Source: Bacillota bacterium | GTDB taxonomy: Bacteria > Bacillota > Clostridia > Tissierellales > Sedimentibacteraceae | DNA length: 64,000 bases | Reading direction: 5' to 3' | NCBI GenBank assembly: GCA_023416855.1 | Contig: JAEZGU010000316.1 | Coordinates: 83,270-147,269 of the forward strand | Part shown: positions 38,860 through 47,029 of the stretch, in pieces | How the letters are laid out: each line of letters begins with the position of its first letter | Numbering within the stretch: position 1 is the first letter of the stretch | Notes under the pieces: generated by a model | Databases searched by the model: none | Told to the model about the DNA's origin: nothing | What the model saw: only the letters and a program-made list of their open reading frames with translations | Program-made: the position numbers and the translations under genes

Positions 38860-40110
38860 ATGAATAACAAAAGTAATAACATAAGAATATCCCGTCTTAA
38901 AAATGGAAAGTCTTTTAAACAATGGTGTATTGAAAATAATAAACAAAACTATTTAGATTTATGGGATTTTGATTTAAACATATTGAACCCAAATGAAATA
39001 AATTATTCTAGTCATAAAAAATATTATTTTAAATGTCCTAAAGGATTACACAAAAGTGAATTAAAAGAAATAGCAAGAATTACAAACAATAATGCTTCGA
39101 TTGTATGTAATCAATGTAATTCTTTTGAACAATGGTGTTTAGATAAAAATCGTCAAGATTTATCTGATAGATGGGATTATGTTTTAAATGATTGTAATCC
39201 ATGTGATATTTCGTTTGGAACAGCTAGAAAATATTACTTAAAATGTCCTAACGATTTACATACTAGTGAATTACACAATATCGGTAGTATTACATCTGGA
39301 CAAAATGGTAGTAGTTATTGTAAAGCATGTAATTCCTTCGCCCAGTGGGGAATAAATAATATTTGTAAGGATTTTTTAGAGAAGTATTGGGACTATGAAA
39401 ATAATTTAAATATAAACCCTTGGGAAATTAGTTATGGTTCAAATCAAAAAGTTTGGATTAGGTGTCAAGAAAAAGATTATCATGGTAGTTATTTTATGCC
39501 ATGTATAAGTTTTTCAATACAGAAAAGCAGATGCCCATTTTGTACGAATAAAAATGGGAAAGTACATACTTTAGATAGTTTAGGGACACTACATCCAAAA
39601 GTATTAGATATATGGTCAGACAAAAATAAGAAAAGTCCATTTGCTTATGCACCAAAATCTCATCAGGAGATTTATTGGAAATGCTCAGAAGGAAAACACG
39701 AAGATTACAAAAGAATTATATTAAATTCAAATAATTATGATTTTCGTTGTCCAGAATGTCAATATTCGCAAGGTGAATTTAAAATTCAAAATATTTTTGA
39801 TACAAATAATATAAGTTATATTCCTCAAAAAGAATTTGACGGATTAATTGGTTTAGGTGAAAGAAATTTATCTTATGACTTTTATATTCCTAGTTATAAT
39901 CTTTTGATAGAGTATCAAGGAGAATATCATGATGGAACTGTACCATATCAAACTAAAAAACAATTTGAAAAACAACAAGAACACGATAGGCGTAAAAGAG
40001 TATATGCTAAAAATAATAATATAAATTTATTAGAAATATGGTATTGGGATTTTGACCGTATAGAAGAAATATTAAATAATGAATTAAAGAAATATAATTT
40101 ATTAGATTAA
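38860..40110 (+). CDS. zinc-ribbon-repeat homing-type endonuclease (C-terminal PD-(D/E)XK/Vsr-like)
   Basis: repeated WD..LN..P..S.KK..KC..H units; SYDFYIP..LLIEYQGEYH..HDRRK. Confidence 0.8.
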   Translation: MNNKSNNIRISRLKNGKSFKQWCIENNKQNYLDLWDFDLNILNPNEINYSSHKKYYFKCPKGLHKSELKEIARITNNNASIVCNQCNSFEQWCLDKNRQDLSDRWDYVLNDCNPCDISFGTARKYYLKCPNDLHTSELHNIGSITSGQNGSSYCKACNSFAQWGINNICKDFLEKYWDYENNLNINPWEISYGSNQKVWIRCQEKDYHGSYFMPCISFSIQKSRCPFCTNKNGKVHTLDSLGTLHPKVLDIWSDKNKKSPFAYAPKSHQEIYWKCSEGKHEDYKRIILNSNNYDFRCPECQYSQGEFKIQNIFDTNNISYIPQKEFDGLIGLGERNLSYDFYIPSYNLLIEYQGEYHDGTVPYQTKKQFEKQQEHDRRKRVYAKNNNINLLEIWYWDFDRIEEILNNELKKYNLLD

Positions 40111-40145
40111 CAATATAAAAGTATTACAAGAAAGAAGGAAATAAA

Positions 40146-40526
40146 ATGGAACAATATCAAGAATTATTAGTAAATGTTTGTATAACATTAATTCCAGTAT
40201 TGGCAACTTTCATAGCAACATGGTTGAGTAAGAAAACCCAGCAGATTAAAGAGCAAATCAAAAATGATACAGCCTATAAATACATAGATTTACTAGAAAG
40301 AACTGTTCAAGATTCTGTAGCTATGTTCAGTGAAACCGTAGTTAAGAAGTTAAAAGAATCAGGAGATTTCGATAACGCAACAGGAATCGCAATATTTGAT
40401 GAATGTCGTGAAAATGTATTGAATATTCTTGGAGAAACAGGCGTAACAGTTTTAAATGAAGTATATGCGGATTTAGATTTAGTGATAAAGAATCTTATTG
40501 AAAAGAATGTCGCGAAACAAAAATGA
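40146..40526 (+). CDS. holin-like protein (LL-H family-like)
   Basis: single N-terminal TM, then helical domain ending IEKNVAKQK. Confidence 0.55.
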   Translation: MEQYQELLVNVCITLIPVLATFIATWLSKKTQQIKEQIKNDTAYKYIDLLERTVQDSVAMFSETVVKKLKESGDFDNATGIAIFDECRENVLNILGETGVTVLNEVYADLDLVIKNLIEKNVAKQK

Positions 40527-40554
40527 TTTTGGGGAGTATTCTCCCCTACTTTAT

Positions 40555-40629
40555 AAGAGTATCGGTTAACGTGCAAACCAATGGTCTCCAAAACCATGAC
40601 TGTAGGTTCAAATCCTACTACTCTTGCCA
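40555..40629 (+). tRNA. trnW: tRNA-Trp (CCA)
   Basis: acceptor AAGAGTA/TACTCTT, anticodon arm ATGGT-CTCCAAA-ACCAT, T-arm GTAGG-TTCAAAT-CCTAC, encoded CCA. Confidence 0.92.
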
Positions 40630-40684
40630 TACAGCATAAAGCTGTAAATTAAATATTTTATTAATTTTATAGGAGGTATTTTTC

Positions 40685-41068
40685 ATGACTCAATTTTTTG
40701 ATGAAATTTTTAACGATGTATTTTTAGGTTTTGGTAAACCAAGAAGACTAGTTTTCAACTCAAATGTAAAAGATATGTTGCCTAGTTATTGGTCGAAGAA
40801 AGATGAAAATACATATCTTTGTACAGTTAAAACACTTGGTATTAATCCAGAAGATGTAAGAGTTGAAGAAACCGAATATGGAATTAAAGTAAGTGGTGCT
40901 AGTGAAGTTGAAGGATACAAATATGATACTTCATTTGAATTACCGATTGTTGAAAGTATAATGAATGAGATTGAAAAGATTCAGGTTACTAGCAAGAATG
41001 GACTTACTTTTATAACTTTGAAACTTAATAGACCTGAGAAAAAGAAAATTAAGATTGAGACAATTTAA
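40685..41068 (+). CDS. Hsp20/alpha-crystallin-like small heat-shock protein
   Basis: LGINPEDVRVE..IKVSG..FELP..I...SKNGLTFITL. Confidence 0.8.
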   Translation: MTQFFDEIFNDVFLGFGKPRRLVFNSNVKDMLPSYWSKKDENTYLCTVKTLGINPEDVRVEETEYGIKVSGASEVEGYKYDTSFELPIVESIMNEIEKIQVTSKNGLTFITLKLNRPEKKKIKIETI

Positions 41069-41104
41069 TAATAATATAAAATGATAATTTGATTAAGATA
41101 TTAT

Positions 41105-41600
41105 ATCAAGTCATATACTTCATATGACATTGCCTTTATAAAGGTTTTCTAGACTCCAGAAGTAGAACGGCTATCTATGCTACATTCGGAATTACTACGG
41201 TAGCTTTGAATGGTTAGAAATATGGGATTGCAACCTATCAGAGAGTCACATTAAAAACACAACTGAATATAGAGGTTTTCTCAACCTGAAAATGAGAATT
41301 ACATGGTCAATCCAACGGATATGACGCTAAATGCAGGTACACTCCTATATATTGCAGTATAAGACTTAGTTGAGACTAGATAAGTAATAGTCTATGCAAT
41401 TTTATAGTATGCACTTTACACAGTAGGGTAAACTGTGTTGATACTCAATGTAAAAGAGCCATGATAACATGACCACTTGGGGCTATAATACCAAGGCTGG
41501 TGTCCAATATCACCTATTATATTGGTGTGGCTTGTTTAGTTAAAAGCAAACCAATCGCTTTGAGTTTTGGTAGTCTGGCACTAACTTAAAAGTGCCTTTT
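41105..41600 (+). ncRNA. candidate large ornate non-coding RNA (~500 nt; ROOL/GOLLD-like size and context)
   Basis: ORF-free, more than 12 visible helices, cUACGg tetraloop, two pseudoknots, near a tRNA in a Firmicutes phage. Confidence 0.65.
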
Positions 41601-41697
41601 ATAATGGGAAGAAAAAGTAACCATTCTTCTACTTCCCTATCCTATCGTCTAAATGTCGATTAGACGTTAAACAAAATTTAAATTATATGAGGTTTAA

Positions 41698-42927
41698 ATG
41701 AATAGATATAGCCGAAAAGATAATGAAACAACAATAGACTATCTTTTAAGATTAGCAGAAATAAAGATTGAAGAAAAACCCGAAGACCTTGAGTGGAGTG
41801 ATATCGTAAATTATTGTGGTTTTAATTGTCACTACGATTCTCTTAGAAAAGCATTGCAACCATCTGAATATGGTGGATATGCAATATATAAATATTTAAA
41901 AAATAATATAGTAAATGAAACTATTAATGAAGATACTATAGCAAAACAAATAGAAGTTGCTCAAAGAGAAATATATAAAGAAAGACAAAAACTTCGTGAT
42001 GAAAAGAATGAATATAATGCTTGGTTAAGAGAACAATCACGAATTGAATTGTTTTATGAAAGAATAGATGAATCAGTAGATAGGATGTTAAGTAAAAAAG
42101 CTAGGGTTATTCCCTCCCCTATTTTAGTTAACGAAAATGATGATAAAGCTGTAATTAGTTTTGCAGACCCTCATTACGGTGCATACTTTAAAATAGAAGG
42201 TTTTAATGGTGAAATTTTAAATGAATATAATCCTGAAATATTTGCGAAAAGAATGTGGAATTTACGTGATGAAATTTTAGAATTTTGTAAAATACATAAT
42301 ATTAAAAATGTTAGTATTGTTGACCTTGGAGACAGTGTTGAAGGAATACTACATTTAAGCCAACTTAAATCACTTAGAGGTAATATTGTAGACGATATTC
42401 TTGATTATGCAGATTTTATAGATGATTGGTTAACCAGTTTAAGTAAGGATTTATATATTGATTTGTATACTTCAGAAGGAAATCACTCTGACCTTAGATT
42501 ACTTACAGGTAAAAAAGGAGATTTTCCTCATGAAAACTTAGAAAAAATATATTCAAGAACTATTAAAAAAGCATTTAAAAATAACCCTAATGTGTGTATA
42601 CATGAGAGTTTAAATGGGTTAAATTATTTTAATGTAAATGGTTATAATATTTTAACTGCTCATGGGAACAAGGAAAATAATATTAAAAATAGCATTAATG
42701 ATTATGAGGATACTTATAACATAGATATTGATTATTTTTTAGTTGGACATTTACATAGTAAAAATGAATTTGAAGTATCAAAAGGAAAAGAAGTTATTCA
42801 AGTTCGTTCAGTTATGGGAATAAATGATTTTAGTAGAGACATTAAGAAGACTTCCGAGAGTGGAGCTACTATGTTTACTATACGTAAAAATTATGGACGT
42901 AAATATGTAAATGAAGTTAAATTTTAA
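41698..42927 (+). CDS. calcineurin-like metallophosphoesterase with N-terminal coiled coil (YonJ-like)
   Basis: ADPHYG, DLGDSVEG, GNHS, AHGN, VGHLH. Confidence 0.85.
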   Translation: MNRYSRKDNETTIDYLLRLAEIKIEEKPEDLEWSDIVNYCGFNCHYDSLRKALQPSEYGGYAIYKYLKNNIVNETINEDTIAKQIEVAQREIYKERQKLRDEKNEYNAWLREQSRIELFYERIDESVDRMLSKKARVIPSPILVNENDDKAVISFADPHYGAYFKIEGFNGEILNEYNPEIFAKRMWNLRDEILEFCKIHNIKNVSIVDLGDSVEGILHLSQLKSLRGNIVDDILDYADFIDDWLTSLSKDLYIDLYTSEGNHSDLRLLTGKKGDFPHENLEKIYSRTIKKAFKNNPNVCIHESLNGLNYFNVNGYNILTAHGNKENNIKNSINDYEDTYNIDIDYFLVGHLHSKNEFEVSKGKEVIQVRSVMGINDFSRDIKKTSESGATMFTIRKNYGRKYVNEVKF

Positions 42928-43000
42928 TTTAATAATATAAATGTTTCAACAAAACTCAAATTTCATATAAAATAAATTGAAAGGCTACGAAGGTGGCTTT

Positions 43001-43573
43001 ATGGATAAACTGCAAGAAAGTTTAGCAATGGAAATGAGACTTTCTTCAGCATTAAAAAGAAGAAAGATTTACTTATCAGATGAGGTTGACAGAGAAACAA
43101 TATTCGAAGTCTTATACTTCCTTGATAGAATTCAACAAATGGATGAAAAATTAGGTATAAAAGAACCTATTGAAATAATTTGTGATAGCTATGGAGGAAT
43201 TGTTTATCATGGTCTTAGTTTAATATCAAAAATTTTGGAATTAAAAGATAATGGATATCATATTATCAGCACAGTCACAGGTGTTGGAATGAGTATGGGT
43301 TTTATGATACCACTAGTTGCTTCAGAAAGAAAAATATTTAGGTTTGGTACTTTAATGTGTCATCAACCAAGTAGTGCAACTTGGGGAAAACTTCAAGACC
43401 AAGAAGAAGATATTCAAGAAACACTTAGATTATGGAACGTTTTAAAAGGAATTATATGTAAACATACTAAAATAACAGATGAACAATTAGAAGACATAAA
43501 AATTCGTAAATTTGATTGGTATATAACTCCACAACAAGCATTAGAATTAGGCATTGTTGATAAAATAATATAA
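43001..43573 (+). CDS. clpP: ClpP-like protease
   Basis: DSYGG, GMSMG (Ser), MCHQPS (His), DWYITPQQALELGIVDKII (Asp). Confidence 0.88.
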   Translation: MDKLQESLAMEMRLSSALKRRKIYLSDEVDRETIFEVLYFLDRIQQMDEKLGIKEPIEIICDSYGGIVYHGLSLISKILELKDNGYHIISTVTGVGMSMGFMIPLVASERKIFRFGTLMCHQPSSATWGKLQDQEEDIQETLRLWNVLKGIICKHTKITDEQLEDIKIRKFDWYITPQQALELGIVDKII

Positions 43574-43590
43574 AGGGCGGTATATTATAT

Positions 43591-43947
43591 ATGTGTGAAG
43601 CATGTAAAAACGAAGAAATTCATGAAACTGAGCAGAACGAAGTAGAACTTGAAAATCGTGATATAGAATGTATGTTTTTTGAACCTTTACAAATATCAAC
43701 AGATAGCCTTGTTGATATTGAGGGATATAATAGTGAAGAATTTCAAAAAGGCATAAAAAAAGCAAGTGAAGAATGTGGTATATTTACAGCATATCTTGGG
43801 GTCGGAATGACAAATGTGCAGGCATACGAATTAATTTTAACTAAATTAAGTTTGGAACATGCACAAGAAATAGCTAAAATGAATAACAATACTGCTATAG
43901 AAGTATCAAAGAATCAGTCAATTATTCTTGATAAGAATTCTTTATAA
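43591..43947 (+). CDS. hypothetical phage protein
   Basis: ORF in operon. Confidence 0.7.
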   Translation: MCEACKNEEIHETEQNEVELENRDIECMFFEPLQISTDSLVDIEGYNSEEFQKGIKKASEECGIFTAYLGVGMTNVQAYELILTKLSLEHAQEIAKMNNNTAIEVSKNQSIILDKNSL

Positions 43948-43962
43948 TTGTGAGTTTAAATG

Positions 43963-43990
43963 AAGGCTCTAAGTGAAAACTTAGGGCTTT
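43963..43990 (+). terminator. hairpin / probable terminator
   Basis: AAGGCTCTAAG-TGAAAA-CTTAGGGCTTT. Confidence 0.55.
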
Positions 43991-44156
43991 ACTTATGCCC
44001 ACAATTTTGTTTCACCAATAGCAGTACACCACGTTACGTTGCAGGTAAGCATTACGTGGGCATAGCAATAACATAAATGTGCAATTTTATGCAAACAGAG
44101 AAAATTTGAGCTAAGTGAAATTAGACTCTACTCTATTCCCTATTTTGATTAAGGAG

Positions 44157-44477
44157 TTGAATATTATTTATTGCTACTTTATTCAGCAAGGAACTAATGG
44201 TGATATTAAAATTGGTGTAACCAAATCAATTAAAAATAGGCTTAATACTCTACAAACAGCTAACAGTGAAAAATTGAGGTTACTTGGTTATATAAGTGGT
44301 AATAAAGAAATTGAATCAGACTTACATAGAAAATTTATTGCTTATAGAACTAATGGTGAGTTCTTTTCGGTTAATCAAGAATTAATTGATTATATAAATA
44401 AGAATAATGTAATGCAAAATATATGGTTAGAAATTCAGGAAGATAAATTAATGATATATAAAAGAATGAAAATATAA
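44157..44477 (+). CDS. GIY-YIG (T5orf172-like) nuclease domain protein
   Basis: CYFIQ..IKIGVTKSIKNRLNTLQTAN..E..LH..GEFF; start uncertain. Confidence 0.75.
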   Translation: MNIIYCYFIQQGTNGDIKIGVTKSIKNRLNTLQTANSEKLRLLGYISGNKEIESDLHRKFIAYRTNGEFFSVNQELIDYINKNNVMQNIWLEIQEDKLMIYKRMKI

Positions 44478-44509
44478 TTTTTCAATTATAATATAAAAGT
44501 TTTATTTAT

Positions 44510-44600
44510 GAGAAGGTAATCGGAAGTCATGAGCCGATATGGATAACTCCTAGTGTCCCCTTCTCTTTTCTATTTTTCTAGGAGAGTTAACTAGGAGGAA
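44510..44600 (+). promoter_or_regulatory. structured leader with anti-SD loop upstream of HNH gene
   Basis: three-way junction; loop CTCCTAG complementary to CTAGGAG at 44578 and 44591 (SD). Confidence 0.6.
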
Positions 44601-44607
44601 TACGAAA

Positions 44608-46041
44608 ATGTTATTAACTAAAGAAGTTGAAGTTACTATAAATCGCAAAAATTTAGATTGGTATATAATTAAAGGCTATAACTGTAAATTAAAAGATACA
44701 ATTGTGGTTAGCGTAACTGATTTAATGATAGGCTCAAATGAAAAGGTTACTTATAAATGTGATATGTGTGGAATTGAAAAATTAATAAAATTCACAGATT
44801 ATATTAAATCTCAAAAACTCAAACCTAATACATACTGTAATAAATGTGCAAACATAGTTAGAAAAAATAATGAAAATGAAAAATATTTTGCAAAAAATAA
44901 TTATAAAATTTGTAAAAAGTGTAATAGAAAACTTCCTGCTAATACTGATTATTATTTTAAAACTAAACATAATAAAGATAGTTTTTCGTTTAATTGTAAG
45001 GAATGTGATGGTTATTCATTTACTAATCATTTAACGAAAATTCCGCAAGATGGTTATAAATTTTGTATAAAATGTGATAGAGAATTACCAAATGACATAA
45101 AGCATTTTCCACCTGATAAAATGTGTAAAGACGGTTTAAGAAATGTTTGTAGAGAATGTGGAAAAGACGGTCATTTTATGAATGACAGTTATAAATCAAA
45201 ACATTTTTGGCAACCAGAGGAAAATAAATTATTTATTATAAGATATTCTCAATATACGTGTGAAGAATTAATAAATAATTTTTATCCTGATTTTACACCT
45301 AAACAGATATGGGATAATGCTTATAGATTAAGAATATCTAATGATTTAGATTTGTACAAAACTAAACAAACACAAGTAAGGGCAAACCTTCAAAAGTCAG
45401 TTAAAATGTCTGGAGAAAATTCTCCAATGTTTGGTGTTCCTAAATCTGATGAAACCAAAAGAAAATTATCTATTTCCAAAACAGGAAAATACGTTGGTGA
45501 AAATAATGCGTTGTATGGTATCAAATGGAGTAAAGAAGATAAGAGAAGATTTTTGATTTCTGAAAGGACGAAAGGTTTATGGTCTGGAGAGAATAATCCT
45601 AGACATAAAAATCCTTTAAATGGAAAATTGAATGGTAGATGGCAAGGAGGAAGGACTCCTCTATATTTTGAATTAAGAAGTGAAATAAAAGCGTGGAAAA
45701 TTCAAAGTATGGAAAATTGTCATTATAAGTGTGTTTTAACTAATGGTAAATTTGATAATATACATCACTTATATCCATTTAAAAATATTGTAAATGAAGT
45801 ATTTGAGTCATTAGGATTAGACCAACGTAGAAGTGTAAGTGATTATACTGAAACAGAATTTAATAATATTAAAATAATGTTATATGAATTACATAATAAA
45901 TATGGTTTAGGTGTATGTTTAAGGAAAGATGTACATAAGTTATTCCATGATTTATATGGTTATACAAATAATACACTAGGACAGTTCAGAGAATTTACAC
46001 TAAGATTTAAAGTAGGTGAATTTAAAGATATTGTTTTATAA
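44608..46041 (+). CDS. HNH homing-type endonuclease with Zn fingers and NUMOD3-like motifs
   Basis: CKKC..LP repeats; GENSPMFG..SDETKRKLS; NIHHL..GVCL..VHKLFH. Confidence 0.8.
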   Translation: MLLTKEVEVTINRKNLDWYIIKGYNCKLKDTIVVSVTDLMIGSNEKVTYKCDMCGIEKLIKFTDYIKSQKLKPNTYCNKCANIVRKNNENEKYFAKNNYKICKKCNRKLPANTDYYFKTKHNKDSFSFNCKECDGYSFTNHLTKIPQDGYKFCIKCDRELPNDIKHFPPDKMCKDGLRNVCRECGKDGHFMNDSYKSKHFWQPEENKLFIIRYSQYTCEELINNFYPDFTPKQIWDNAYRLRISNDLDLYKTKQTQVRANLQKSVKMSGENSPMFGVPKSDETKRKLSISKTGKYVGENNALYGIKWSKEDKRRFLISERTKGLWSGENNPRHKNPLNGKLNGRWQGGRTPLYFELRSEIKAWKIQSMENCHYKCVLTNGKFDNIHHLYPFKNIVNEVFESLGLDQRRSVSDYTETEFNNIKIMLYELHNKYGLGVCLRKDVHKLFHDLYGYTNNTLGQFREFTLRFKVGEFKDIVL

Positions 46042-46057
46042 AAATTAATGATAAAGG

Positions 46058-47029
46058 ATGGTGGCATATTTGCCAAGATTAAAAAATGTGGCTAATAAGT
46101 CACAACAAGAAGTTAAGTCTAGTGAAAGTTATTGTAGAGTTTGCAAAAAAATATTATCAAGTTCAAAATTTTATGAAGCCACAAATCCAATGATTGATAA
46201 AAATGGTTGGATGTCAATTTGTAAAGACCATTGTAATGAAATATATAACTCATATTTTTCTATTTATAATAATATAGAAAAAGCATTGTATCTTACATGT
46301 CAAGATTTAGATGTAATGTTTAGTAATGAAGCTTTAAAACAAACTCAATCTCACATTGAAGGACTTTTAGGAAAAGGTAAAAAAGCAGATGCGGTCTTTG
46401 GTTATTATAAAAGTAAATTAGGTTCTACAGGAAAGAATAATGCTAATATAACATCATTTAGATTTAAAGATAGTGATAGTATAGTTGACTCTCAAAATAA
46501 TGATATTATTAGTGAAAGCTATGAAGAAGATATTGATAAAGATTTAGAATTGTTTTGGGGAAAAGGATTTAGTTTAGATGATATTGTTTTCTTAGAATCT
46601 GAATTAACTAATTGGAAAAAGACACATAAATGTGAAAATCAAGCTGAAATAACATTATTAAAAGAAATATGTATAAAAATATTAACTATTAGGAATAAAC
46701 GTGTAGAAAAAAAAGATACTGCTCAAGATGTAAAAGAATTACAGGAATTATTTAAAACAGCAAGTGTAGACCCAGCAAAGGCAAATGCTATCAGTACTGG
46801 ACAAAGCGTTGATAGATTTGGAGTTTGGATTAAAGATATTGAACAATATAAACCTGCGGAATGGTGGGAACAACAAGAAAAATATAAGGATATGGATGGA
46901 TTTATTCCTTATATTAAAAATTACATAGTTAGACCTATTAAAAATTTCTTTACTGGCATCAAAGATTTTATGATTGATGGAGAAGATTTGTCCTTTAAAG
47001 AAAATAAGGATGATATTAAAGATGAGTAA
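46058..47029 (+). CDS. protein preceding terminase (YonG-like; possible small terminase)
   Basis: N-terminal CxxC..ICKDHC; position; start may be TTG 46070. Confidence 0.6.
   Translation: MVAYLPRLKNVANKSQQEVKSSESYCRVCKKILSSSKFYEATNPMIDKNGWMSICKDHCNEIYNSYFSIYNNIEKALYLTCQDLDVMFSNEALKQTQSHIEGLLGKGKKADAVFGYYKSKLGSTGKNNANITSFRFKDSDSIVDSQNNDIISESYEEDIDKDLELFWGKGFSLDDIVFLESELTNWKKTHKCENQAEITLLKEICIKILTIRNKRVEKKDTAQDVKELQELFKTASVDPAKANAISTGQSVDRFGVWIKDIEQYKPAEWWEQQEKYKDMDGFIPYIKNYIVRPIKNFFTGIKDFMIDGEDLSFKENKDDIKDE

Noticed and set aside
41105..41600. tmRNA, RNase P RNA or group I/II intron identity for the large RNA
   Set aside because: No tRNA-like ends or tag ORF, no RNase P P4 signature seen, and it does not interrupt a gene
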